Assembly: GCA_965140585.1 (NCBI GenBank)
Contig: OZ223267.1
Span: 288,001-352,000, forward strand
Origin: Spirochaetia bacterium
GTDB lineage: Bacteria; Spirochaetota; Spirochaetia; UBA9216
Reading direction: 5' to 3'
Length of the DNA: 64,000 nucleotides
Position numbers and translations under genes: made by a program. Below, piece by piece: positions 1 through 10,604 of the stretch; the first letter of the stretch is position 1; each line of letters starts with the position of its first letter. The notes below the pieces were generated by a model. That model was not told the DNA's origin and ran no database searches. It worked only from the letters and a program-made list of their open reading frames with translations.

Positions 1-2
1 AA

Positions 3-1166
3 ATTGACGGGATAGAACCCGGTTGTGTAGTTGTAGCTTCAGGAAAAACTCTTGAAGTTCCCGTATCCGAAAATATGCTCGGACGGGTTATAGACAGCCT
101 TGGTCATCCTCTGGACGAACGCGGGTCCTATGGAGCCGATACCTGGTACAATGCGACGGCCAACTCACCAAATGCAATGAAGCGGAAAGTCATAAAAGAG
201 CGGATTGTTACCGGTGTGCGTGCAATTGATTTTATGACTCCTGCAGGCAAGGGCCAGCGAATCGGTATATTTTCGGGTTCAGGTGTCGGCAAATCGACAC
301 TTCTGGGAATGATTGCCCGAAATACAAACGCCGATGTAAACGTCATTGCCCTGATCGGTGAACGAGGCAGGGAAGTGCGTGAGTTCATAGAACGTGATCT
401 GGGCCCTGAGGGAATGAAAAAAACCGTACTTGTCGTCTCCACTTCGGATACTCCTCCTCTTTCAAGACTTAGGGGTGCATATACAGCTACAACAATTGCA
501 GAATATTTCAGGGACAAGGGCCTTGATGTGATGCTTCTTTTTGATTCAGTTACCCGTTTTGCCCGTGCACAGCGCGAAATTGGTCTTGCTTCCGGCGAAC
601 CTCCTGCAAACAGGGGTTTTCCGCCGTCGGTTTTTGAACGGCTGCCCAAGCTGCTTGAGCGATGCGGAACCTCTGATAAGGGAACTATAACCGGATTTTA
701 TACGATTCTCGTAGAAGGCGATGACATGGATGAACCGGTTGCCGACAACGTAAGAGGAATACTCGACGGGCATATCATACTTGACCGGGGACTTGCACAG
801 AAATATCACTATCCGGCCATCGATGTCCTGAGTTCTGTTTCAAGGCTTTCTACAGTTGTTGCACAGAAGGATGAGCAGCAGGCTGCAGGCCGTATGAGGC
901 GGCTTCTCGCCGAGTACAGGTCCGCCGAGGACCTTATCAGTGTAGGCGCTTATGCGAGCGGTTCAAACCCGGTTATCGATGAAGCTATAGACAAAATGGA
1001 ATACATCAACGGATTTCTGAGGCAGGAAATTGATGAGCAGGCGCATATAGTGCAGACTTTGAATCTGGCCTCCGCTATCACTGAAATGGATATCGATACC
1101 TCAGTCTACGAATCTAAGGCAGAACAGAATGCAGAAGAGGGAGCAGCTTTAAGTGAAAAGGTTTAA
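3..1166 (+). CDS. fliI: Flagellar export ATPase FliI (5' end lies outside the window)
   Basis: Walker A GSGVGKST, ALIGERGREV and DSVTRFARAQREIGL motifs; frame open back to base 3; followed by fliJ. Confidence 0.97.
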   Translation: MDGIEPGCVVVASGKTLEVPVSENMLGRVIDSLGHPLDERGSYGADTWYNATANSPNAMKRKVIKERIVTGVRAIDFMTPAGKGQRIGIFSGSGVGKSTLLGMIARNTNADVNVIALIGERGREVREFIERDLGPEGMKKTVLVVSTSDTPPLSRLRGAYTATTIAEYFRDKGLDVMLLFDSVTRFARAQREIGLASGEPPANRGFPPSVFERLPKLLERCGTSDKGTITGFYTILVEGDDMDEPVADNVRGILDGHIILDRGLAQKYHYPAIDVLSSVSRLSTVVAQKDEQQAAGRMRRLLAEYRSAEDLISVGAYASGSNPVIDEAIDKMEYINGFLRQEIDEQAHIVQTLNLASAITEMDIDTSVYESKAEQNAEEGAALSEKV

Positions 1167-1593
1167 GTTTAACCTTGAGCGGCTTCTTAAGATTCGGGAA
1201 CATGAGGAGCATGAATGGGAAATAAAGCTTGGGAAAGCTGTCTCGGAGTGTGTGAGAATACAAACCGAGATAGAGCGCCGGCAGTCCGAGATAAGTAAAA
1301 CACTGCTAACGCGCGGCAGTATAAATAACCGAGAGGAAGAGCTGCTTGTTATGGAATTCTATAAGCACAGGATGAATAAGGAAGCCGGTGAGCTTCGGAA
1401 TAAACTAGTCCGGGCAGAGAAGGAAAGGGACAAGGTTAAGGCCGATTTTCTGGAAGTCTCAAAGAACAGGAAAATTCTCACAAAGCTTAAGGAAAAGCGT
1501 GAGAAGGAATACTACAAACAGCAGCTCAAGCAGGAATTTAATAATACTGATGAGATTAATAACAGCCGCGCAGCCGGGCACTATGGCCGTTAG
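1153..1593 (+). CDS. fliJ: Flagellar export protein FliJ
   Basis: N-terminal KRFKFNLERLLKIR, coiled coil, 146 aa, overlaps fliI end, GTG start. Confidence 0.92.
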   Translation: MKRFKFNLERLLKIREHEEHEWEIKLGKAVSECVRIQTEIERRQSEISKTLLTRGSINNREEELLVMEFYKHRMNKEAGELRNKLVRAEKERDKVKADFLEVSKNRKILTKLKEKREKEYYKQQLKQEFNNTDEINNSRAAGHYGR

Positions 1594-1602
1594 GAGGAAA
1601 AA

Positions 1603-2232
1603 GTGGCAAAGATATCAGCCGTAAAAACAGGTTCAAGGGTGGTTGCCCTTATTCTTCTCATACTCATTTTGGTGCTCGGAGGATTTGTATGGTTTGACTT
1701 TCTCGGGCTGATAAATGCGAAAGAACTTGCTTCTCCTCTGCTTCAGAGAGTGGGTATTAATCTCGGCATACCCGATCCGGTGGAAAATGTGGAAGACACA
1801 ATGCTGCTTGAAAAGGAACGCCTCGATAAACTGGAACAGGCTCTCGATTTAAGGGAAAGTGAACTCGATAAACGCGAGGAAGAGATAAAAACCTCTGAAG
1901 ATGAGATAAAACAGATGCTGGATTCCATAAAAGAAAGGGAAACAGCTTTCGAAGAACAGGAAAAATCATTTAACGATCGTTTAAAAGCGTACGACAATAG
2001 AAATACGAACCTTAGGCAGGCAGCGGAGTATTTTGTAGGAATGCCCCCTCAGGATGCTGTCAATATGTTCCTGGAGATGGATGATCAGGATGTAATTGAC
2101 ATTATGAGGGCGCATCAGACAATCAGTGATGAGGCAGGTACCGCATCAATGGTTTCCTACTGGCTATCTCTTATGCCTTCCGATAGGGCGGCAGCTCTCA
2201 ACAGGAAGATGTTGAAGAAACCTGAGAGCTAA
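1603..2232 (+). CDS. flbB: Periplasmic flagellar collar protein FlbB (TM + coiled coil + MgtE-N/MotE-like C-terminus)
   Basis: N-terminal TM with WFDFLG, coiled coil, GMPPQDAV and SYWLSLMP motifs; spirochete position between fliJ and fliK; SD AGGAGG. Confidence 0.85.
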   Translation: MAKISAVKTGSRVVALILLILILVLGGFVWFDFLGLINAKELASPLLQRVGINLGIPDPVENVEDTMLLEKERLDKLEQALDLRESELDKREEEIKTSEDEIKQMLDSIKERETAFEEQEKSFNDRLKAYDNRNTNLRQAAEYFVGMPPQDAVNMFLEMDDQDVIDIMRAHQTISDEAGTASMVSYWLSLMPSDRAAALNRKMLKKPES

Positions 2233-2246
2233 TAAAATGTTGGAGG

Positions 2247-3641
2247 GTGATGTTGATTTCAGCACCTGTACAATTTAATCCGGTAGAAACAGACGCCGGG
2301 TTTGGTACGCTTAAATCCGGGCGAAATGAACAGAATGAAAAACCTGCAGATGAATTCAGCAGGGTATTTGATACTGTTTCTGAAAAAAGTAAGAGTAAAC
2401 CGCCCGGCCGGGAAGCAGAAGCGGCGGAGAATGCTGCAGACAGAGAGGCAGATACCCTGGCTCCGAAGGAAGAAGCTGGAAAATCCGTTAAGGATATGAA
2501 GGCTGAAAAGGACGGGGCGGAAAAAAACGGTACTGCTGTCAGTAATAAAAAGACGGAAAATAAATCAGAGAAGGCAGATTCAGAAAAAAAAGAATCGGAG
2601 AGAAAAAAGGTAAAGGCTTCCGACAGGAAGACTTCAGACGCTGACGAGAATCTCGCCGTTCTTTTTTCAGGAAAACAGATTCTTAAGACGGAAGAAATGA
2701 AAAAATCATCTGCAGAATTTGTCTCCCGCGGCAGCGTCGCCAAAGGCGGTCTTAAAATCTGGACCGGCGAAGAATCAGTTAAAGCTCAGCTTGATGCTAT
2801 GCAAAAGGATTCTGTAAAAACTTCCGCTTCCGAACAGGTCCTTCAGTTTGTTAACTCCGATAAGTCGGATAATGAAAGGACTGATAAAAAAAGCAGAATA
2901 AAAATCGATGCTGATGAACTGAAAACAGCTGCCGGGAAAAAGCCGGGAGTAAATCCATTATCTGCAGTGGCCGCTTCTGATGCAAAAGATTCAAAGCTTA
3001 AAAAGATCGGCGGCGGTGAAGATAAGGCGAAAATCCGAATAACCGATCACCGTAAGAATCACGATACAGCTAAACAGGTCTCTGCTGAAAAGAACAGTTT
3101 TACTGAAAAGATTGATGCACAGGAAGTCAAGACTGATTCCGCAAAGGCTGTAATTGAGCTGAACGCCGAGACAGCAGATAAAAGTACTTCTTCCGGTCCG
3201 GCTTCAGTGAAGTCCAGGGCAGAAACAGTACTCACTCAGCTTAAGGAAGGCGTTAATGCGCAGATTGTAAAACAGGCCGGAATTATTGTGAAAGAGAACG
3301 GGACAGGCGAAATCAAGCTTGTTATGAAGCCCGAAAGCCTTGGAAAGGTAAGAATCCAGCTTTCTCTGAACGATAATCATATAGGCGGCCGAATAATTGT
3401 CGAAAATAATACAGTAAGGCAGATTTTTGAGAGCAATCTTGAAAACCTTTACAAAGCATTCGGAACCGAAGGATTTGAAGCGGGAGCTCTTGAAGTTACA
3501 GTCGAAGGTGACGGTTCTTCAGACAGCCGGCAGTCCTCGGGAAAAGGCTCAGGCCGGCGGATTGTTCAGATGATAGAGGACAGTATTCCGGATGCGGGAA
3601 TCGACAGCTGGCAGGATAATCTTGTCAACCTTGTAGTTTGA
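2247..3641 (+). CDS. fliK: Flagellar hook-length control protein FliK
   Basis: Long charged low-complexity N-terminus; C-terminal LVMKPESLGKVRI domain; precedes flgD; exact start uncertain (2247/2250/2253). Confidence 0.88.
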   Translation: MMLISAPVQFNPVETDAGFGTLKSGRNEQNEKPADEFSRVFDTVSEKSKSKPPGREAEAAENAADREADTLAPKEEAGKSVKDMKAEKDGAEKNGTAVSNKKTENKSEKADSEKKESERKKVKASDRKTSDADENLAVLFSGKQILKTEEMKKSSAEFVSRGSVAKGGLKIWTGEESVKAQLDAMQKDSVKTSASEQVLQFVNSDKSDNERTDKKSRIKIDADELKTAAGKKPGVNPLSAVAASDAKDSKLKKIGGGEDKAKIRITDHRKNHDTAKQVSAEKNSFTEKIDAQEVKTDSAKAVIELNAETADKSTSSGPASVKSRAETVLTQLKEGVNAQIVKQAGIIVKENGTGEIKLVMKPESLGKVRIQLSLNDNHIGGRIIVENNTVRQIFESNLENLYKAFGTEGFEAGALEVTVEGDGSSDSRQSSGKGSGRRIVQMIEDSIPDAGIDSWQDNLVNLVV

Positions 3642-3656
3642 GTAAGGAGAAACTGA

Positions 3657-4088
3657 ATGGATTTTTCAGCAACAATGTCCACACAGGACAAGGCTGTTTC
3701 AGAAGCAATGGTCAACAGCCTTAATGCAGTACTTAAAACAGAGGGCGTTAAGCAGAACTCTCTCGGAAGAGATGATTTTCTGAAAATACTTATCACCCAG
3801 CTTTCCTATCAGGATCCTACTGCTCCCATGGAAGACAAGGAATTTATCTCACAGATGGCACAGTTTTCAAGTCTTGAACAGATGACAAATATGAGTCAGG
3901 AGTTTTCCAAGCTTTCAGGATTTCTTAACAGGAACAGCGCAATAGGACTTATTGGACGGAACGTGACAATAGGTTCAGGAGAAAACACCATTAACGGTCT
4001 TGTTGAAGAAGTGACCGGTAATGAATATCCGCAGGTACTGGTAAACGGGAAATATTATGATTTCGATGACATACAGAGTGTAAGGTAA
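3657..4088 (+). CDS. flgD: Flagellar hook capping protein FlgD
   Basis: [36 protein letters not shown] signature. Confidence 0.95.
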   Translation: [143 protein letters not shown]

Positions 4089-4103
4089 GGGGGAAGCAGC
4101 TAT

Positions 4104-5492
4104 ATGATGCGTTCATTATATTCCGGTGTATCCGGACTTCAGAATCATCAGGTTCGAATGGATGTAATTGGTAACAATATATCCAACATCAATACAACAG
4201 GTTTTAAGAAAGGCCGCGTTAATTTTCAGGATATGCTTTCGCAGAACATGCAGGGAGCTGCACGCCCGACCGAAGAACTCGGTGGAGTTAACCCTAAACA
4301 GGTTGGTCTTGGTATGACCGTCGCTTCAATCGACACAATTCATACCCAGGGTTCACTTCAGTCAACCGGTGTTACAACCGACCTTGCTGTACAGGGAAAC
4401 GGTTTCTTTGTAATGCGCGGAGGAGACAAGCAGTACTACACCAGAGCCGGAGCTTTCGGTGTCGATGAGGGCGGAAGCCTTGTTAATCCTTCAAACGGTA
4501 TGAGAGTGCAGGGCTGGATGGCCGAGACTGTAAACGGTGAAGCCTTTATCAATACAGCATCCGATGTTGGAGACCTTCTTATTCCGGTCGGCGGAAAAGA
4601 CCCGGCAGCTGCCACTACCGAAGTCAACCTTGCCTGTAATCTCGATAAACGGCTGGAGGTTATACCTGAAGGCGCTGGAGATGAAACAATCCGCAGAAAC
4701 ACATGGACTATCGACAAGGATATCTATGACAACTTCGGAAACGTTCACAGGATGAGAGTAAGCTTTACAAAGATCGACGGTACACAGAACAGCTGGCAGG
4801 CTAATGTTGCAATTGATCCGGATGATGAGACCGGAACCAACACTGCAATTGAGATCGGTGCAGAAAATAACGCCACAAACACTTTTACAGTTAACTTCAG
4901 CAATCTCGGAACACTGAAATCTGTAACCGATGCCCAGGGCGATATCCTTGATGCTGATGAACTTAACGTAGCAGTTTCATTTGATGTTCTGGGTGCAACC
5001 GAGCAGGAAGCCGGTATTCCTGTCAGGCAGACTTTCAACCTTAACCTCGGTGAAGCAGGAAGCGTAGTAAACACCGTTACCCAGTTTGCAGAAACAAGTT
5101 CTACCAAGGCTTTCAAGCAGAACGGTTACGGAATGGGATACCTTGAAAACTTCAAGATTGACCAGAGCGGTGTTATTACCGGTGTTTATTCAAACGGAAC
5201 AAACAGAGTCCTTGGACAGGTTGCTCTTGCAACTTTTACAAACCAGGGAGGTCTTGAGAAAGCCGGTGAAACAACCTTTGTTGTAACCAATAACTCAGGT
5301 GACCCAAATATCGGACCTGTAGGTGTTGCCGGTAAGGGTAAGATAATTGCAGGTGCCCTTGAAATGAGTAATGTTGATTTGGCTGAGCAGTTTACAGACA
5401 TGATTGTAACACAGAGGGGTTTTCAGGCTAACTCTAAAACCATAACAACCTCCGACACCATGCTTCAGGAACTGCTGAACCTTAAGAGATAA
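4104..5492 (+). CDS. flgE: Flagellar hook protein FlgE
   Basis: [14 protein letters not shown]-terminal and [13 protein letters not shown]-terminal motifs; 462 aa. Confidence 0.97.
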   Translation: MMRSLYSGVSGLQNHQVRMDVIGNNISNINTTGFKKGRVNFQDMLSQNMQGAARPTEELGGVNPKQVGLGMTVASIDTIHTQGSLQSTGVTTDLAVQGNGFFVMRGGDKQYYTRAGAFGVDEGGSLVNPSNGMRVQGWMAETVNGEAFINTASDVGDLLIPVGGKDPAAATTEVNLACNLDKRLEVIPEGAGDETIRRNTWTIDKDIYDNFGNVHRMRVSFTKIDGTQNSWQANVAIDPDDETGTNTAIEIGAENNATNTFTVNFSNLGTLKSVTDAQGDILDADELNVAVSFDVLGATEQEAGIPVRQTFNLNLGEAGSVVNTVTQFAETSSTKAFKQNGYGMGYLENFKIDQSGVITGVYSNGTNRVLGQVALATFTNQGGLEKAGETTFVVTNNSGDPNIGPVGVAGKGKIIAGALEMSNVDLAEQFTDMIVTQRGFQANSKTITTSDTMLQELLNLKR

Positions 5493-5510
5493 GCGGATAG
5501 ACGGTAAGGT

Positions 5511-5708
5511 ATGATAGAAGTTACGAGACTTAACGGCGAGATTTTTTATGTGAACCCGCATCAGATTGAATACGTTACAGCATCGCCGGATGTTACACTT
5601 ATCATGCTTTCCGGTAAACGTCTGGTAATCCGGGAGGATTACCAGACTGTTTTTTCAAGAATTGTTGAATACAGAAGCCTTATCGGGGCTTTTAAGAACG
5701 AGGAGTAG
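5511..5708 (+). CDS. flbD: Flagellar protein FlbD (SwrD family)
   Basis: MIEVTRLNG...VNPHQIE...PD motif; 65 aa; between flgE and motA. Confidence 0.92.
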   Translation: MIEVTRLNGEIFYVNPHQIEYVTASPDVTLIMLSGKRLVIREDYQTVFSRIVEYRSLIGAFKNEE

Positions 5709-5714
5709 ATGTAG

Positions 5715-6497
5715 ATGGATCTAGCTACAGTAGTAGGATTTGCCCTTGGCATGGGAATGATAATTTGGTCGATTCTTGGCACTGGTGTATCCATGTCAAA
5801 CTTTATAGATGTCGGCTCCTTCGCAATGGTTCTCGGAGGTTCTTTCGCTGCTATCATGATTTCAAATCCGCTTCAGCGATTAATGAAACTCGGCGGTATC
5901 CTGAAGAACGTAATGAATGTAAATAACTTTGAAATTGAAAAGATTATTACAACACTGGTCCGTTTTTCAGAAAAGGCAAGGCGTGACGGTCTTCTGGCTC
6001 TTGAAGATGATCTTGAAGAGGTTGAAGATGAATTCATGAAAAAGGGAATTCAGCTTGTTGTCGACGGTACGGATCCTGAAATTATCAGCACCATGCTTTA
6101 CAGTGATCTGAACCAGCAGCAGGAGCGTCATTCAGCAGGTATTAAAATATTTGAAGACTGGGGCTCTCTTGCTCCGGCATTCGGAATGATCGGTACACTT
6201 GCCGGTCTTATCGGTATGTTGGCGAACCTTGATGACCCGGATTCAATCGGTTCAGGTATGGCACTTGCACTTATTACAACTATGTACGGTTCATTTTTTG
6301 CCAACCTTATTTTTATTCCGATAAAAAACAAGCTGGGTGACCGGGATGCTGAAGAGACCCTGGTGAAAGAAATACTTATTGAAGGTATTCTTTCCATCCA
6401 GTCGGGAGATAACCCCAGAATTCTTGAATCCAAACTTGTTTCCTTTCTGCCTCCTGAGAAGCGTGAGGCTGTTCTTTCTGAGATTAATGCGGAGTAA
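5715..6497 (+). CDS. motA: Flagellar stator protein MotA
   Basis: TM helices, ARRDGLLALE, APAFGMIGTLAGLI, ALITTMYG. Confidence 0.96.
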   Translation: MDLATVVGFALGMGMIIWSILGTGVSMSNFIDVGSFAMVLGGSFAAIMISNPLQRLMKLGGILKNVMNVNNFEIEKIITTLVRFSEKARRDGLLALEDDLEEVEDEFMKKGIQLVVDGTDPEIISTMLYSDLNQQQERHSAGIKIFEDWGSLAPAFGMIGTLAGLIGMLANLDDPDSIGSGMALALITTMYGSFFANLIFIPIKNKLGDRDAEETLVKEILIEGILSIQSGDNPRILESKLVSFLPPEKREAVLSEINAE

Positions 6498-6507
6498 GGA
6501 GTTATAG

Positions 6508-7236
6508 ATGGCCAGACCTCCTAAAAAAGTCAAATGTCCTCCTGCCGGTGCTCCTGAATGGATGAATACCTACGGAGACATGGTTACTCTTCTTCTCTGC
6601 TTCTTTGTTATGCTTTTTACAACCGCAACAGTTGACGGGCACGAAATGAAGCTCGTCATTGCCGCATTCAGCGGACTTGGTCTTCTTGAAGGCGGTAATA
6701 CACTTGAAGCCGGTCATCTTGCCGAACTTGGCAATACAATTGAGTCTCTGCCGTCAATGCAGACAGGCCGAGCTCTTGACCAGGCAAGAAAAAAGGCTGT
6801 CAGTCAGTTTCAGTCAGAAATAAAATCGAACAAGGTTCGTGTAACCATTGATGAACGGGGGCTGATTATCAGCCTTGCGGCCGATTCCTTTTTTGAACCG
6901 GCCTCTTCTGAAATTGATATTGAAGCAGCCAGAGAAACCCTGCAGAAGGCTTCATCTCTCATAAACAGTCTTGAAGATGAGCGAAGATTCAGGATTGAAG
7001 GCCATACAGATTCCCTTCCGACGGATCCGGACGGGGAATGGCCGACAAACTGGGAATTATCTGCTGCAAGGTCTGCCAATGTTCTTCATTACATGGTAGA
7101 TTTCGGTGTTGATGAGAGTAAATTTCAGATAGCGGGTTTTGCTGATACAAAACCCTTAGCTGATAATTCTACGGCTGAGGGCCGTGCATACAACCGTCGG
7201 GTTGATATTGTAATACTTGCCGAGGGGCAATATTAA
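6508..7236 (+). CDS. motB: Flagellar stator protein MotB
   Basis: WMNTYGDMVTLLLCFFVML TM motif; OmpA-like domain IEGHTD...NWELSAAR...NRRVDI. Confidence 0.96.
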   Translation: MARPPKKVKCPPAGAPEWMNTYGDMVTLLLCFFVMLFTTATVDGHEMKLVIAAFSGLGLLEGGNTLEAGHLAELGNTIESLPSMQTGRALDQARKKAVSQFQSEIKSNKVRVTIDERGLIISLAADSFFEPASSEIDIEAARETLQKASSLINSLEDERRFRIEGHTDSLPTDPDGEWPTNWELSAARSANVLHYMVDFGVDESKFQIAGFADTKPLADNSTAEGRAYNRRVDIVILAEGQY

Positions 7237-7239
7237 GGC

Positions 7240-7268
7240 TTTTCACGGCAGAATTTTTCTGTTAGAAT
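7240..7268 (+). promoter_or_regulatory. Candidate internal sigma70 promoter (extended -10) upstream of fliL
   Basis: TG-T-TAGAAT at 7260-7268 with weak -35 TTTTCA 17 nt upstream, in a 55-nt gap. Confidence 0.35.
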
Positions 7269-7291
7269 TTCCTTAATGAACAGGAGTAATT

Positions 7292-7840
7292 ATGGGTGAT
7301 GAAGATATCTATGCCGAAGAGGAAATATCCGGCGGTGATGAACTAGAGGTAGGAGAAAAATCGAGTGCCATAAAAGAACTTCTTCCCAAACTGCTCAAGT
7401 GGGTTGCAGTAGTACTTGTTGCAGTTATCTTTATAGTCACTGTTGTTTTCTTTACTATGAAAATTCTTATGCGGGGTACAACAAATCAGAGTGTGGCTGT
7501 TCAGTCTCCTGAATATGCAACCGAACCTCCGGTTCTCTGGTGGTATGCGCTTGATGAGATACGAACACGTACTGCAGATAAGAATCCTTCTACGGTAATC
7601 ATCAAGGCTAAACTAGGATATGAGTTTGAGAATGCCGATGTTCAGACCGACCTGATTCAGCGTTCCGAGATTATCTATGATGCAATGAGGCAGTTCCTCA
7701 GTTCCAAGACGGCGGCTGAACTGACTCCGCAGACGGAGATGCAGCTGAAGCAGGAAATGAAGGAAAAGATAAATAGACTGTTATCTGCTGGAAAGATTCA
7801 GGAGATAGTTTTTATGTCCTACAATATATTCCAGTATTAA
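7292..7840 (+). CDS. fliL: Flagellar basal body protein FliL
   Basis: Single TM plus C-terminal FliL-type domain (LKQEMKEKIN...IQEIVF); between motB and fliM. Confidence 0.88.
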   Translation: MGDEDIYAEEEISGGDELEVGEKSSAIKELLPKLLKWVAVVLVAVIFIVTVVFFTMKILMRGTTNQSVAVQSPEYATEPPVLWWYALDEIRTRTADKNPSTVIIKAKLGYEFENADVQTDLIQRSEIIYDAMRQFLSSKTAAELTPQTEMQLKQEMKEKINRLLSAGKIQEIVFMSYNIFQY

Positions 7841-7861
7841 AATAAGGCGGAAGAGAGTCTA

Positions 7862-8887
7862 ATGAACGAAGTTTTATCACAGGATGAAATAGACCAGTTA
7901 CTCACAGCTATTTCAACCGGAGATATTGAAACAGAAGAGGTTACCCAGGCCGCGGATCAGCGGAAAATCAAGATCTATGACTTCAAACGTCCGGACAAGT
8001 TTTCCAAGGATCAGATCCGAACAGTTTCAATTATGCATGAAACTTTCGCCCGTTTGACCACAACTGCTTTATCCGCACAGTTGAGAAGTCTTGTGCATGT
8101 ACATGTAGCTTCTGTAGACCAGCTTACATATGAAGAATTTATAAGATCAATTCCGAACCCTACAACACTCGGAATCATAAATATGGATCCTCTGAAGGGT
8201 TCTGCTGTGCTTGAGATAGACCCTGCAATCACTTACTCAATAATTGACCGCCAGTTCGGAGGGCAGGGTGAGGGCACCAAGATATCCAGAGACCTGTCTG
8301 ATATAGAACAGGCGGTTATGGAAGGTATTATCGTCCGAATCCTTGGAAATCTGAGGGAAGCGTGGAGCCAGGTAATCGATCTTCGGCCGAGGCTTGGTCA
8401 GATTGAAACCAATCCGCAGTTTGCGCAGATAGTACCTCCGACCGAAATGGTTATTCTCGTAACACTTGAAACAAAAGTAGGTGAAGTGGAAGGCATGATG
8501 AACTTCTGTATTCCCTATCTTACCATAGAACCCATCATTTCAAAACTTTCAGCCCAGTATATGTATTCTTCAGTACGAAGCGGAGCCACTACTGAGAACC
8601 TGAATATACTGAAAGAACGACTTGCCGCTATAGAAATTCCTATAATGGCCGAAATAGGTATTATGGAGCTGATGATGCGCGATGTGCTTTCGCTTCGCAG
8701 GGGAGATATAATCAGACTTCCCAATACGCGCATCACCGATGAAATGGTGCTCAAGGTTGGTAATAAAGCAAAATTCATGTGCCGTCCGGGTGTGGTCGGA
8801 AAGAAGGTTGCGGTTCAGATTACCGACAGGCTTGAGGATATTGAAAAAGATGAGTTCGAAGAACTCATAGCTGAAGGAGAGGAATAG
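7862..8887 (+). CDS. fliM: Flagellar switch protein FliM
   Basis: LSQDEIDQLL CheY-binding peptide, YDFKRPDKFSK, C-terminal SpoA domain. Confidence 0.97.
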   Translation: MNEVLSQDEIDQLLTAISTGDIETEEVTQAADQRKIKIYDFKRPDKFSKDQIRTVSIMHETFARLTTTALSAQLRSLVHVHVASVDQLTYEEFIRSIPNPTTLGIINMDPLKGSAVLEIDPAITYSIIDRQFGGQGEGTKISRDLSDIEQAVMEGIIVRILGNLREAWSQVIDLRPRLGQIETNPQFAQIVPPTEMVILVTLETKVGEVEGMMNFCIPYLTIEPIISKLSAQYMYSSVRSGATTENLNILKERLAAIEIPIMAEIGIMELMMRDVLSLRRGDIIRLPNTRITDEMVLKVGNKAKFMCRPGVVGKKVAVQITDRLEDIEKDEFEELIAEGEE

Positions 8888-8888
8888 G

Positions 8889-10007
8889 ATGAGCGACGGA
8901 TCATTGTCTCAAGACGAAATTGATGCTTTACTCCAGGGTGGAGATATGGGATTAGGCGGCGCTCCTTCCGGAGGCGGCAGTTCGAATAACGGCGGTCTTT
9001 CTGCTAAAGAAATCTCAGATTTTACCGGTATAATTCAGGAACTTATTCCCAATCAGGCACAGAACCTTTCAAATATGGTCGGTGACAGTGTCGATATGAC
9101 CTCCCCCAAGGTTGAGGTTGTAAGCCGGGATGAACTGATATCATCACTTCCGGGAGAAGTCGTTGAAATCAGTTTGGATTTCCAGGATCAGGTCAGCGGA
9201 AAACATTCATATATTATAGGACCTGAGGCGGCAACTACAATTGCCGGCCTTATGATGGGTCAGGAAGATGTGGAACTCAATGAGGCTGCTCTGTCGGCTA
9301 TTGAAGAAGCAGCTAATACACTTGCCGGATCTGCAGCAACTGTATTCGGTGAGAGAAGCGGTAAGTCCGTACTTACATCACCGGGCTCAACAAAGAGCGT
9401 TTCATCATCCGAGATTGCTTTTCCTGAAGATTCGGTGGTAAAGGTTACCTATCAGACAAAGATAGACGGAAAGGATGCAACAGAATTTGTTGAAGCTTTC
9501 GGCGTTGATATTGTAAAAGGGATTCTAGGAAGTCCCGCAGCTGCCCAGTCGGCACCAAATCCGGGAATGGGAATGGGTATGAATATGGGCGGCGGAGCTC
9601 CTGCCATGGGCGGAGGATTTATGGGCGGTGGAAATGCTGCAGCATCAATGGGCGGTGGAATGGATATGTTTGGTATGGGACAGCCTACTCCCAATGTTCA
9701 GGCTCTTCAGTTTCCTGATCTGAATCCGCATACAGTAGCGGCAGAACAGGGAAATATCGGTCTTCTCATGGATGTTTATATGGAAATGACTGTTGAACTG
9801 GGAAGAACCAAGAAACTTATAAAAGAAATACTCGGTATGGGAGAAGGTACCATAATCGAACTTGATAAACTCGCAGGTGAACCGGTAGATATTCTTGTTA
9901 ATCACAAGCTGATTGCCAAGGGTGAAGTTGTGGTTATCGACGAAAACTTCGGTGTTCGTGTAACCGAAATTGTGTCACCGATTGACCGTGTGGAGGGTAT
10001 GGGCTAG
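8889..10007 (+). CDS. fliY: Flagellar switch protein FliY/FliN (CheC-like + FliN domains)
   Basis: LSQDEIDALL peptide, EEAAN CheC-type motif, C-terminal LLMDV...GEVVVIDENFGVRV FliN domain. Confidence 0.9.
   Translation: MSDGSLSQDEIDALLQGGDMGLGGAPSGGGSSNNGGLSAKEISDFTGIIQELIPNQAQNLSNMVGDSVDMTSPKVEVVSRDELISSLPGEVVEISLDFQDQVSGKHSYIIGPEAATTIAGLMMGQEDVELNEAALSAIEEAANTLAGSAATVFGERSGKSVLTSPGSTKSVSSSEIAFPEDSVVKVTYQTKIDGKDATEFVEAFGVDIVKGILGSPAAAQSAPNPGMGMGMNMGGGAPAMGGGFMGGGNAAASMGGGMDMFGMGQPTPNVQALQFPDLNPHTVAAEQGNIGLLMDVYMEMTVELGRTKKLIKEILGMGEGTIIELDKLAGEPVDILVNHKLIAKGEVVVIDENFGVRVTEIVSPIDRVEGMG
9561..9683 (+). repeat. Met/Gly-rich low-complexity linker in FliY with four ATGGGCGGNGGA (MGGG) units
   Basis: Units start at 9585, 9606, 9621 and 9648, preceded by GMGMGM. 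Confidence 0.8.
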
Positions 10008-10028
10008 AAATAATTTTCGGGAGGGGAA

Positions 10029-10604
10029 ATGAAAAAACTTGCTCTTATTATGGCCGCAGTAATGATGATTATTGCGGTCGACGTATATTCTCAGCAGAAT
10101 TTTACCGATGAAACCACAATAATTCTCGACGAAGAAGCTCCGCAGGCGGAAAATGATGCCGCCGCCGGAGCTTATTTTACGATCTGGGATTTTGTAAAGG
10201 TTATCCTGATTCTCGGTGCGGTTATCCTGATAATATATGCAGTCTTCTTTTTTCTGAGGAGATCAGGCAAACGCGGTTTTCAGGAAAATGAAATAATCAA
10301 TATAGTCTCAAGCAAGGCTCTGACTCAGGGGACCTCGGTGCATATTATTGAGGTTGCCGGAAAATATCACCTGATAGGCTGTGCAGAGTCTTCTGTATCG
10401 ATGCTCTCCGAGATTCTGGATAAGGAATCCATAGATGAACTTAAGCTTAAAGCGCCTCAGGATGCACCGGCAAACAGGAGCTTTTCAGATTTATTCAGCG
10501 GTATTTTCGGGAGCGGCAGATCTTCCGGAGGCAACATCGATGAAAAAATAGCTTCCAACCGAAAAATTTTACAGAATCAGACAGAAAGATTAAAAAAAAT
10601 GTAG
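10029..10604 (+). CDS. fliO: Flagellar export chaperone FliO/FliZ
   Basis: Signal peptide + TM + SVHIIEVAGKYHLIG beta domain; between fliY and fliP. Confidence 0.85.
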   Translation: MKKLALIMAAVMMIIAVDVYSQQNFTDETTIILDEEAPQAENDAAAGAYFTIWDFVKVILILGAVILIIYAVFFFLRRSGKRGFQENEIINIVSSKALTQGTSVHIIEVAGKYHLIGCAESSVSMLSEILDKESIDELKLKAPQDAPANRSFSDLFSGIFGSGRSSGGNIDEKIASNRKILQNQTERLKKM

